A stretch of 64,000 bases of DNA from Nemertoderma westbladi (Eukaryota; Animalia; Xenacoelomorpha). Of this stretch, positions 13,308 through 25,529 are shown piece after piece (within the stretch, counting starts at the first letter, position 1; each line of letters starts with the position of its first letter). Location of the stretch: the NCBI GenBank assembly GCA_032718475.1, contig JAUCBJ010006736.1:1-64000 (forward strand). Direction: 5' to 3'. Below the pieces are notes generated by a model. The model had not been told where the DNA came from, searched no databases, and worked only from the letters and a program-made list of their open reading frames with translations. The position numbers were made by a program, and so were the translations under genes.

Positions 13308-15809
13308 CCTGTAACCCGGTTCTGCTATACTTCACAGGGCCCTTTCAAAATGCAAACTAATAGACATTATATGCAAAACACACTGTTCAAATTAATGGCA
13401 CATGTCCCCGTCATGTACCTGTAATCATGTAGAAATAATGAACACTTAGTGACAAACCTGCCTATTAATTTATAGCCCAGGGTCTTGTAATTAATTAAGG
13501 GCTATCTTAACTATCTTAATAGAAAAGTTTAAATAAAATAGTAATAAAATGTTAATAATGCTTCACAAGAGAAAAATTGACGATGGGGGGGGGGGGGGGG
13601 GGGGGGGGTGTGTGTTGCAGATCGTTAAGTAAACTCAACTCCAAGGTCACTGCACGAGCATTACGTAAGTGCTACAATAACACTTATATAAGGAGATATG
13701 TAGTAGGCCCTAGGCCTCTATACATCAACATCATACATACCTGTGTCTATCTAAAGCAGCGATAAATACAAGATTTAGTAAATTTAATAGATTATATAAA
13801 ATATCAAATGTCACTTTGATGTCACTCAAAATGTCACTTATAAATCGAAACATCAAGTTTCAAATTAAATTAAAAGCAGATATACATATAAAATAACCTT
13901 TAGTCTAAATAATAAGAGTTATGGCCTTATGGGAACTATAAAAAGCCAATATATAAATCATCACTACCCGCCAAACAGTGGAGCAGAATGGAGACAAGCA
14001 ATTGGTCCATTACGTAACACAAAAGCAAGTTGAGTCATTAGCCAATCATATTAGATCAGTAACTCCATTCTCTGTAGACGGCCTATTTCCTGCTGCTGTA
14101 CATTTTTGTGATACACTAGGAGTGGCCAAAGTGCCTAAGCTTGCCAGTTTCCCTATTAATCCCGTCCATGTGCTGGGAGTGAAACACCCCACGCCCACAT
14201 AGGGACATACATACTCACTCATAGCGTTGATTCTTGAATCACTCATAATGTGGAAACTCACTACAAATTTATGTCTGAGTGTAGAGAGAGAATGGTGTAA
14301 TGATGGTATAATGAATACACACAAATTATACGTACAATGAACGTTGAATTGAATGTCTACTGAACTGGAACCAAACAATTTTATCAATTTTAAACAATTT
14401 TAGCGAAACCGTGAACAGTATGGACATTTGGGGGGGGGGGGGGGGGGGGGGGGTGGGGTTGGACGCAATTCCCATCGCGGCGAACTAATTCCTTGTCCCA
14501 ATGTTAAATTAAGGGACTAGAACAGCCCCCCCCCCCCCCCCCCCCCCCTCCCCCCATTAGGTCATTAATTATTATTGAAATTAATCTTATTTACACAAAT
14601 GTTACGGTTTTGTAAAGTTTGACGGAGATATAATGTTGTCGATTATATTGTGCCGTAAATTTGTGACTGTCCGACTGTTGTTCTTTTAAAATACTAATTT
14701 TCTTAAAATATGCAAACCAGCATAAAGCGGCGAGATATTTATTATATGTACATACTGCACTGGCCTACAGTACCCGCATCAATGTTAAATTGTAAATTAA
14801 GGGAAAGGAGCAGGTTACAGTAGCGCATTATTCTAACCAAAACAATAAACTAATGTCAATAGAAAAGATAACAGTCATCTGTTATTTGCGTCGATTTTCA
14901 GTGTATACTAAGTTTTTGATGTTATATTTCACCTCCATGTGAATAATACCACGCTTTTATAAAAACCCAGTGTATTGAAGGGCTGAAGATAACCAAAACA
15001 AAAAACAAACTAGTAAATAGAGGAGAAGTTATACTTATAAGACATAATTATATATATTAAAGAATCACGCCATGGTGTCGGCACAGTAAAAAAGCAACAA
15101 AATATAATTAAATACACAACACAGCACAGCACAGTTTGTGTAAACATTCTTAGACTTTTCACTTTCAGACATTTCGCCCTCTAGCGGCATATTTTAAAAA
15201 CTGCATGCGGATCAGCGCCTACAAAAAGTTACAGCTGCTGGTGTTTAGTACCTGTCTAGAAAGTTTTAGTTTGAATTAAAAACAAACAAATGGAAGAAGT
15301 TTTTTAATCTTTAGAAATATGGCCCTCTTCCGGGAGTCTTTTGAAGTGATGGTGTCTGAAAGTTTATTAAAAATTAAAACTTTTGGTCTTATTGACTCGA
15401 CAGCTTTAAATCCGACAAAGTTATTAGTTTGTCAAAATGGTAACGACAACAACGACGACATAATTTGCTATTATTAATCCACCCCCTGACAGTGTCAGTT
15501 CGCAAAGGCTTTGTCTACTACAGTACGTTGCTCGCCCCATAATTAATTATAAATTAAAACTGCTCACTTTTAGTTATATCAATCATTTCGCACTACCGGT
15601 ACTGACGTACTGGCCCTTGGCCTAAACCTTAAATCATATCAATTATCACCCTTAAGCATACACGAAGTGGGGTCTTCGCGCAGGGCGCAGCACGTGACAT
15701 AAAGTGTGTAAATAAAGTGTTTCGAAAGAAATATAAACACAATCTAAACAGATGCCCCCTAATCACTTTACCACCTGTGTAAAGTAGAGGCAGAGTGGGT
15801 AACAGTCGA

Positions 15810-16922
15810 TTTAAAGACCTCACAAAAACTCTGTCTAGGTCTAGAATATTATGTGCCAAGTATCAATCAGGAAGAAAAGATTATAAACAATAATACGAAA
15901 TGGCTGAAGGTTTTCATTTCAGGCCACTAGCGGTAGACTGGAGAACTGCTGAAGGATTATGGTCCCAACCAACCTGTGGACGGTCTCAAGTCTCAACGTT
16001 CTAGCATGTAAATAACGGAATTAGATAATGTTTTCAATTCAGATATTTCGACCTCTAGCGGCAAACTGTGGAAGTGGAGATGGGAGAACTGTCCCACAAA
16101 AAAGTAGCCAGTTTTCTAGTACATATATGCCAAATTTAATCTTAAACGGTTTGTAAAATTAAGGAATATGGTGGAAGGTTTTTCACTTTCAGTCATTTCG
16201 CCCTCTAGCGGCAGACTGGAGAACTGCAGTCCGCTTACAGAATTCCATAAAGACACAGGATGTATTCTAGCACATATCTGACAAGTTTCAGCTTGAACGG
16301 ATAATAAATAACGTAATGGGTAAAGGATTTCACTCTTACTTCATATCGACAATTCGCCCTCTCGCCCTCTAGGGGGAAAATCTCCCGCTAGATAGCTACA
16401 CATGTCTAAATATTACGCTGAAACTTGGCAGATATATACTAGACAACTAACTGTGTCTTTAAATTGAGACTAACACGTCTGCATTACTCCAGTCCGCCGC
16501 TAGAGTGCAAAATGTCTGAAAGTAAAAACCGTATCCCATTACATTCCTTGTAATCGATTTAAGCTGAAACTTGACATAAACTAGACGAAAGGTTGCGTCT
16601 CTGTGGGGAAGGTGGTCCATCTACAATTCTAAAGTCGCTTGAGGGTAAAATGTCTCAAAGTAACAAGCGTCTCTCATTTTGTTGTCTCATCAGTTCAAGC
16701 AGAAACTTGGCACATGTACGTAACAGACCATCCATAGGCTGCGTCTTTGGGGAACCCCAATCCATCTGCAGTGCTCAAGTCTACCACTAGAGGGGGAAAT
16801 TTATAAAATGAAACCCTTCCGGCACTTCGTATCGTATTATCGTTTATAATCCTTTCTTTTTCATATCTTCCTTCCTGGCACCTATTTCTAGACCTCTGGC
16901 TGTGTTTTTGAGAGGTCTTAAA
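15810..16922. mobile_element. Diverged foldback-type element with long imperfect inverted arms and internal CGCCCTCTAGCGGC repeats
   Basis: Left arm ttaaagacctcacaaaaac...tctagaata...gattataaacaataatacgaa is mirrored by ttcgtat...tttataatc...tatttctagacct...gtttttgagaggtcttaaa; internal motifs switch orientation near the centre. Confidence 0.55.
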
Positions 16923-17689
16923 GTAGACCATTGAACACAGATTGCGAATTTTTGCAATCTCCCATATCACAGCTCTTGGCCTAATCAACGAAATCCAGAC
17001 ATTGTTACATATTTCGAATCCTTGCTTAATGATATATGAGATAAAGAAATCGTGGCGAATGTATAAATGGAGGTAGAATAAAACGTCTGTCCTTATCTGA
17101 TCTGATCTGACGGCATCTGATCCTATAACCAATCAGGAGAAAGATATATAATATTTACCTAACTGTCTGTTAGGTAAATAGCCAATATTGTATCACGTTC
17201 AAGTTGCCCTGTTATGTATCAGTATCATCACATGACATAGCAGTATACAGGCATACCGGTATACAGCCAATGCACCAAGGCATGTTATTATATATTAAAA
17301 ATGCGATATAGGATGAAGGATGGCGGGTATGAAAGTTGTGTGATTGCCCCAGCAGAGATGAATAGTTTCAGATGTAAACAACTTTCGTAGTTTAGTTTGA
17401 AAAAATAAACATTTATTAAAAACAATACAGCCTTTCTGCCTTTGCTGCAATATTTTACTAATCTTTCTTGTTAATAGTTATCAATATTAATACTGTAATA
17501 GTTGTTAATTATATAAATTATAATTAATATTATTAATATTATTAAATAATGATACTTATTATATAGTTAGTATATTACATTAAAAATATTTATTGTTTAT
17601 TTGTTACGTTGAAGGGAAGGCAGGAAGGGGTACAGTTAGTATCTCTGTGCAGTACTGTACTGCCGAATATGGCGAATCGCTTAACATGC

Positions 17690-17952
17690 CCCAGTAAAAA
17701 ATCCCCTTGCGTATCGCATTCGTGCCACATGCAGCATTCGTATAATGTGCGGGAAACATTCGTATAAGATTACGGACGCATTCGTAGAAGTGCGGGATTC
17801 GAATAAGGTTCGTAATAGATTCGATATGCGAATAAAGGATGCGTATTTGGTTCGGTTTTCGCATTCGTATCGCATGGTTCATCTATGTAACATTTGTGAA
17901 TGCGTGAAATATGCGCCGTCCCATGCGTTACGAATGCGGATTTTTTACTGGG
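17690..17952. mobile_element. CACTA/EnSpm(CMC)-like MITE nested in the MULE-like element
   Basis: TIR CCCAGTAAAAAATCC / GGATTTTTTACTGGG; 2-bp TSD GC; internal CGCATTCG/CGAATGCG repeats. Confidence 0.7.
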
Positions 17953-18479
17953 GCCCCATATTACCCTGATTGCAGCTGATACCACGGAGTTTATACCCAG
18001 ACGATGAAGAAAGATGGGAAGGTGGGTGGGAATGTGGGAATCAATAAACGATGTTGTTACCTTCCAATTGAAGGAAAATATCACGTTACAGCGGCGGCAA
18101 TTTCTAACCAAAACAATAAACGATGTTGTTGAAAATTTTCACCCACCGCTGAAAAATACAAGTTTCAGAATTCTCATCTCATGCAATTTTTACATATTCC
18201 ATTGAATTCAGAACCCTCACAAATCCGTGTAACGCAAAAAACAAGGTGACACAATCAATTGCTATTGTTGATGGGTTTCAAAATTTTGTGCTAGCACCAA
18301 ATTTTGCACCCATACTTCCGAAAATGCAAGTTTGAGATGTCTAGTCTGCTAGTTGTTAGATAAATATTTATTCCATTGAATTCAGAGCCCCCATCTGCCC
18401 ATAAACCTCTAAAATGTAAGATATGAGTTGTCACAACACAACCAATTGACCCCCCCCCCCCCCCCCCGGGTTCCGGGTT

Positions 18480-18690
18480 AAAGGGTACCGGGGAAACTTC
18501 ACATGCTGACATGGGCAGAAACCCCAGTACTCATTCAACTACCATTCTGCCACTTAAGGATGAAAGGCAGAGATGCCTCGCTAAACCCTTCAGAACATTC
18601 GTGCCAAAACGAAAACTACCTTGGCCCCGATGCCGGGGTTGAACCCACAACCTCCGAGAGATGTGAATTCAATATAACCACTACACCAAG
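18480..18690 (-). mobile_element. tRNA-derived SINE (head plus partial body)
   Basis: Minus strand TGGTGTAGTGGTT (A box) ... GGGTTCAACCCCGG (B box) with tRNA-like spacing but no intact cloverleaf; followed by body sequence. Confidence 0.55.
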
Positions 18691-19339
18691 GTGGGCTCTG
18701 AACCAAGGTGGAACAAGTGTCACCAGATACCGTCAAATCAGATAAGGACAGACGTTTTAGCCATCCTAGTATAAATGGTTAAGCTTAAGATACAAAGGGT
18801 GCGATTTCACTGATAACAGACTTTTTAAAACGCCTTTAAAATAATTGGAAGAGAAAATCAACAATTATTTCGATAAATTTAGAATAAGTGTAAAGGTATC
18901 AGGCCATATGGCGCCTTTGGGTTTGAAGGGTACCTAGAAAAAATGTAACATTTTCTACTGAGAGCCATCGTTTATAAAAAAAAAAGTAGGGACTATACCT
19001 AAAATTCCGTACATAAGACGCCAATTTTTCAAAATTTGGCTCGTTTTTTTCAAATTTATTTCTTTTGAAATTTTTTTTTCCCAGAATTCCATACTAGTCT
19101 ACTGTACCATAATATCCCCACTTCCACTAGACAATAATTATATGTAGATTCCGAACATTCTACATAAATCTCAAACGTTTCGGCTCAATGCAGTTTTGGG
19201 TACCTTCAATTATTATTACTTATAGTTAGTCAGACAGTTACCGGTACACTGTCATATCATACTACGGTCATAGGCCTATCATAACCGTATTCTTGTAAAT
19301 ATGGTTTGGTTTATTATTTTGGTTAGGGTTAGTTGGTCA

Positions 19340-19467
19340 GGCCTCAACCATAATTAAAACTGTCATGTAACCCTAACCCTAAGTCATAATCCAAGAAATT
19401 CCGCTAAATTTCTTAGATTATGACTTAAGGTTAGGGTTACATGACAGTTTTAATTAGGGTTGAGGCC
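19340..19467. repeat. 128-bp near-perfect hairpin containing telomere-like CCCTAA/TTAGGG units
   Basis: 61-bp arms (ggcctcaacc...aagaaatt / aatttctt...ggttgaggcc) with 3 mismatches and a 6-nt loop. Confidence 0.85.
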
Positions 19468-20779
19468 GCCACTACTAACCAGCGAGTTTCATACAGTATA
19501 AAAACCAATGGTCGTGCAGGTACACCAAACTGAATATTCCCCACGTTTCACCTGAATCCTAATCCTTCAAAACGATAAGCATTACAGCTTAAATAAAAGA
19601 AACCTTAAATAAAGAACCTTATATATAAACGGTCTTTGACTACAAGCTCAGTTTACCGTACTCTTTTCGCGATATTCAGATATTGCGGAGTTAAATTTTT
19701 TCATGTTCCTTTTTCTCGAGATCTGTAAATCTTATTGAATGGGAAATGGGACCTACCGGTACTGCAGTAGGCTGGTGGGTACTGTCGACTGTCCGAACTG
19801 CCTAAGCCATATCTAAACTTACCTAAACAATTTGGTGCGGCACTAGTCTTCTTTATGTTTGATTTGCAATAATCGATATCTTTAGCACTCATCCCTTCAC
19901 GTCTGCCAGTCTGAACTTTCAGTTTATGAACATTCAACAGCTTGATTACAGAGTACAGTTACTGGTCTGCCGGTAGAATGTTATGTTGCAATTGTGAATT
20001 TTGATACAACAGCTCAGTATCTGTGGCTAGCTGGTAGTATCGGACCGGTACATTGGTAGGCCTACTCTTACTCTACTTGCTGTTGCTACTAGCTGACTGC
20101 AGGACTATCAGACTATCGGCAGTTGCTGTAGCTGGTGCATAGGTAGAGCAGAATTCGATTTTAGCTTATTTGCTTCACCTATCTATATTATTCAGTTAGC
20201 CAACAGCTGAAGAAGCTAAACAACAAACCGTGCTCAATTTATTACATCATAATATCAATGATTGATTAATCAATCATATTACTCAATTATAAACACTTTG
20301 ACTGTCTTTGACGCACCGGTACGTCAAGTGGTAGACAATAGATTGTGTCATGACGCATAAATCCGTCATTGATTCAAACTGTGATGTAGAGGAAATGGTC
20401 TGTGATTTGTTAAAATTTCATGTGCCACCTTGTGAACAGATCCCAAATTCATTTTGTGACATCATCCATGACGCATATATGCGTCATATGACCACTGCAC
20501 AATGTCTTAAAAAATATAGAAAATATACCGAGATTCAGGATTTGGAGGCAACTAGATAGCTTTGTAATTGTGCCAGAATATGATGAAATCTATAATAAAG
20601 TTTTGGTGAGTGTGAAACAGAAAACACCAGGCACAACCCAAAGGCTCTTCTCTCTTGGCTGTTACATATGTAAATCAGGGATGTCGCCACACTAACTCCC
20701 AAGGGAGTACACTCCATAACTATCCAATACTTTTTTACTCCCCACATAGAAGCCTGGTTTCCATTTTACCTCTGGCATT

Positions 20780-22192
20780 GCACAGACACACTAACCTTGC
20801 TTCAACAAAGCACCACCTGTCCTGTAGACACACCAACCTTGCCTCCCAGGACCACCCTGCAGACACACAAACCTTTCCTCCACCCACAAACCACCCTGCA
20901 GACACACCAACATTGCCTCCACCTAGCACCACCCTGCAGACACACCAACCTCGCCTTCACCCTGCAGACACACCAACCTTGCCTCCACCCAGCACCACCC
21001 TGCAGACACACAACCTCGCCTCCACCCTGCCGAAACACCAACCTTGCGTCCACCCAGCACCACCCTACAGACACACCAACCTTGCCTCCACCCATCACCA
21101 CCCTGCAGACACACCAACCTGGCCTCCACCCAGCACCACCTTGCAGACACACCAACCTTGCCTCCACCCAGCACCACCCTGCAGACACACCACCTTGCCT
21201 CCACCCGTCACCACCCTGCAGACACACCAACCTTGCCTCCACCCAGCACCACCTTGCAGACACACCAACCTTGCCTCCACCCAGCACCACCCTGCAGACA
21301 CACAACCTCGTCTCCACCCTGCGGAAACACCAACCTTGCGTCCACCCAGCACCACCCTACAGACACACCAACCTTGCTTCCACCCATCACCACTCTGCAG
21401 ACGCACCAACCTTGCCTCCACCCATCACCACCCTGCAGACACACCAACCTGGCCTCCACCCAGCACCACCTTGCAGACACACCAAACTTGCCTCCACCCA
21501 GCACCACCCTGCAGACACACCACCTTGCCTCCACCCATCACCACCCTGCAGACACACCAACCTGGCCTCCACCCAGCACCACCTTGCAGACACACCAACC
21601 TTGCCTCCACCCAGCACCACCCTGCAGACACACAACCTCGTCTCCACCCTGCGGAAACACCAACCTTGCGTCCACCCAGCACCACCCTACAGACACACCA
21701 ACCTTGCCTCCACCCATCACCACCCTGCAGACACACCAACCTTGCCTCCACCCAGCACCACCCTGCAGACACACCACCTTGCCTCCACTCAGCACCACCC
21801 TGCAGACACACCAACCTTGCCTCCGCCCAGCACCACCCTGCAGACACACCAACCTTGCCTCCACCCAGCACCACCCTGCAGACACACAACCTCGCCTCCA
21901 CCCTGCAGAAACACCAACCTTGCGTCCACCCAGCACCACCCTACAGACACACCAACCTTGCCTCCACCCATCACCACCCTGCAGACACACCAACCTTGCC
22001 TCCACCCAGCACCACCCTGCAGACACACCACCTTGCCTCCACCCAGCACCACCCTGCAGACACACCAACCTTGCCTCCACCCAGCACCACCCAGCAGACA
22101 CACCAACCTTGCCTCCGCCCAGCACCTCCCTGCAGACACACCAACCTTGCCTCCACCCAGCACCACCCTGCAGACACACCAGACACCCTGCA
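20780..22192. repeat. C-rich ~38-bp minisatellite (CACACCAACCTTGCCTCCACCCAGCACCACCCTGCAGA) with 37- and ~27-bp variants
   Basis: Direct tandem periodicity; stop-poor in most frames, producing the many overlapping ORFs in the track. Confidence 0.95.
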
Positions 22193-22730
22193 GTGTGGAT
22201 TTTCTGCAACCTTTACAGGGATTTGATCCTACACTACTGGAAGGCACCAACTGGAATGGCGCATATATTTGCGTCACTGCCTCATTGTGGTGAACTGCCA
22301 TTTGTCACGATTAAATTTTTTTTTACACATAAACACAACCTATTTTATGGTTTTATAGCACTCAAAGTGAATGAAATCCCCATAATTTATAAATATAAGC
22401 GTGACAATTTGTGAGATTCCACACATATAAAGTGACAGTCAAAGTGTTAAATTACTATTACTTTATTTCCTGATTGGTTTTAATAGGGTACCTACTGTAG
22501 CAACGCCAGGTGGCAGGTGCTGGTTAAAAAATACTACATAAGTTACCGGTAATTATCGCAGTCCAGAAATAATCATTTTGACAGTATGATGAAAAACGAG
22601 ATTGAAAAAACAATGCGGACCCGAAAACAAATAATGCATAATTAAACGGACAAAAAGGGTAACAACGTAATAAATGGACATAAATAATCACTGCCGTTAA
22701 ATATCCATACAACTCAGTACAGATCTGAGC

Positions 22731-23404
22731 AAAACGAGCAACAATGATCTACAACGAGCAACAAACAATGATCAAAAGAAGTAAAAAAAAGAAACAAAAG
22801 ACCAAGATTAAGGATAAGGATAAGCAACAAGCAACAATGAAACCAACAACAAGCAACAAACAATTAGCAGCAATTAGCAACAATGTGCAACAACGAGCAA
22901 TGTTGAATAACAACAGCCAACAATAATGAGCAACAAAGAGGAACAATGAGTCAAAGAAGCACGTCACCGGGCGTTGAACCAGAGTTATACGCACGTATCG
23001 GACTGCCACGCTTTCAGGCGACAACAGTACCGCCACTGTTTAATACTGTAGAAGTGGTCTAGATAGGATGTCAAGTGTCATGGGAAAGTGGCTGAACTGG
23101 TTATCGCTACTGATGAGACTTGTCAGGCCAAACAGCGCTTATAGCGCTGGTCAACTCCCGGTGACGTGCTTCCTAATTTTTTCAATTTCTGAAAAACATC
23201 ATATTAAGGAATAACAATAAGCAACGCGGGAGTAATAATGGCCTAAAACGAGCAATAATGAGAAACAACTGGCATCAATGAGGATAAACGTTAATTGATA
23301 TTGTTTTCGTTGGGCACAGCTTAGCAAATGAACAACCATGCTCAATATTCTTGCGATTCTACGGTTGCTCATTATTTCACGTCGTTCATTATTGTTGCTC
23401 GTTT
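22731..23404. mobile_element. Degenerate MITE-like element with (A/G)CAACAAT-rich subterminal repeats
   Basis: AAAACGAGCAACAAT at the left end vs ATTGTTGCTCGTTTT at the right end; CAA-rich internal repeats. Confidence 0.4.
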
Positions 23405-24109
23405 TTTATTTGTCAACTCTTCGGATCTTTTCGTGGAATCTCGTTAATCCCGATTGCTGCAAAGCTATACAATATGGAATTCTACACAATCTTACAGTGC
23501 CAGAGCTAGTGCTTTCAATTTTAACCTCCGGTATTTTAGATGTTTTAAAACGGATTCTTGTTTTAACGCATTAAAAATTGGAACACTAATGAAATAAAGC
23601 AGTGAAAATCCCACCCCCGTGTGCGCAATGCAAAAATTTATGCAATAGTTGGCCTACGACAGTAAGGTACTGTATTAGGTCATAATAATTTACTGATTCG
23701 TGTACTGTAATTACGTTGTACTGTATAAAATGTATGTAATGTACAGTACGTATATAGGCGCGGGCCTATAATTACAGTATATAGCAGTACATCTTTATCG
23801 TTGAGTTGGGCATTGTCACGCTCTAGGTTGTACAGAGTGTATTTACGTTTTATATCAGTTTTGAATTTGATATAGATTTGAATTTGAGATTAGTAGCGAT
23901 TTTGTGTAACTTTGTATTTATATCGATATACGCCGCCAATCGGGGCAAACAGTAAAATCTAAATTAAATATAAAAGATTTGATGGAATAAAATACTATTT
24001 ACACAGGTATCGGCTTAGGGGTGGTGATTACAGCATCGCAAGATCTGTCAGTGTGGGAATCTCCGGGATCACTCCAGAGCGTGGCAAAGATTATCACCTA
24101 ATACACACG

Positions 24110-24270
24110 GCTGTGTGGGGCGAGCCACGAAAGTAAGCGAGCTTAGCACACGGGTACCACTAGCACTAACTCAATCAGTGTGTCTGTCGTTCTGTTGCTC
24201 TGTCGCGTCAAACTTTTAAACGTTAATAACCTCGATGAAATCTAACCAAACTTGGTACACATGTTGTTTG
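24110..24270 (+). repeat. Interspersed repeat (Helentron/HINE-like), second copy at 54050-54210
   Basis: Shared tgtggggcgagccacgaa...ctgtcgttctgt...aaacgttaataac...ccaaacttggtacacatgttg; family assignment inferred from (CTGT)n and CCAAACTTGG motifs. Confidence 0.55.
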
Positions 24271-24978
24271 GCAAAAGTTTAGAAATTTTCCAAGTAGAAT
24301 TTTCGTGTGGCCTTCGAGAACCTAATATAAAAGCAGTTAATTAAGTTGATTACGGTAAAAAAAAACAGCATTTTTTGGCTGTCCTTTGATGGAAATTAAT
24401 AATTTTCTACTATAAGATTTAAATAATTATAATTAAAATTATACTGCTGGCATCCCCATTCCCCATTACATTATAGTTTTTAATTATTTCAAGTGATTTG
24501 CTTTAATAAATGTGTTTTTAATTGATCTAAATGTAATTAACTTATAAAATGCCCCGTCTCTCCACACCCTATACTTCCGCAGCTCCCCCACTTTTATTAT
24601 TAGGCTATTACCTAGCTGGGAACCAGTTCCACCTCACCACTTAAGGAGCCTGACTAATAAGCCAGCTTGCTTAACCCTTTATGTACCAAGACTTAAAAAA
24701 GGCTTTTTAATTAATTTATCTAATCGTAATTTATCTTTGGTAGGTTAATCTGCCTGTCACCAATTCTCTGTGCACCTTTAGGTTGGGGTGCCAGATTAAA
24801 AGGCGGGTTGAAGGGGAGGAACTTTCCCATCTTCTTTGCTTTATCGGCGGTTCAGTTAAATTTCTTAAATACGCCGATTTTGTGATAAAATCGCTCAAAT
24901 TTAATTATAGTATCTCATAACTTAGCCTCGTGCTGCGCGAAGGCCACACGAACGGGTCGTGCATTGAGTACAGACTGG

Positions 24979-25317
24979 TGTCGAGAAATGGGGGCGTTTA
25001 CGGTAGTGTCTTGAGGAATGTTAATCCCATGGTTTGCGTTGTGTTTCGTTGGGAAAAGAAATGTTAATTCTCTTCATAGTCATATAAAACGTACATTTAA
25101 AATAGTAAGAGGTAGTAATTAACATTGAAGAAGTGCACAGCACACATGCAGATTGACTGACATTGTCAACTGAACGGCAGAAAAAGGCCTATACATACAG
25201 CAGAAGAGGTACCGGAACTTCCGGTGCACAATTACGGTAGCAACAACAGACTAACTGAATAAGTAGGGTATACTTATACACAATTAAAGTTATACATACA
25301 GTATAAATTTTACGACA
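24979..25317 (-). repeat. 3' LTR of BEL/Pao element
   Basis: TG...CA termini; PPT-like GTGGCGGGAGTG (minus strand) adjacent at 25318-25329. Confidence 0.95.
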
Positions 25318-25529
25318 CACTCCCGCCACTAAGTTGACAATGGCATAACATGTACTTGTTACAATATAAACTAATTAACAATATTTCATCAAAATAAAGC
25401 ATATAAAAAAGATAATATCACCATATAACGTACTGTATAGTATATTTGATATTACAGATAAATAACAAAAAAATAATCCCAAATTAAATTTTCAAAATAA
25501 ATTTATTCTTGTTAATTTTATATTTTATC

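Larger units (their letters stand above)
17070..18768. mobile_element. Non-autonomous Mutator/MULE-like DNA transposon with nested insertions
   Basis: Imperfect TIR with core TAAAACGTCTGTCCTTATCTGAT (17079-17101) / ATCAGATAAGGACAGACGTTTTA (18737-18759); flanking direct repeat GTATAAATG at 17061-17069 and 18769-18777 (9-bp TSD, typical of MULE). Confidence 0.65.

Noticed and set aside
13060-13335. 91-aa ORF with FQLQLQFQY repeats
   Set aside because: Translation of the hAT-like subterminal repeats
18620-18690. Functional tRNA gene
   Set aside because: A/B boxes present but stems do not form a cloverleaf; treated as a SINE head
19701-20559. Short ORFs (78 aa minus, 69 aa plus) as exons or transposase relics
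   Set aside because: Some splice-like signals but no recognisable motif; cannot be supported without searches
20655-22414. Long Pro/Thr/His-rich ORFs (456-523 aa) and antisense ORFs
   Set aside because: Produced by a 38/37-bp minisatellite whose unit is not a multiple of three; all frames are open and cycle through the same peptides
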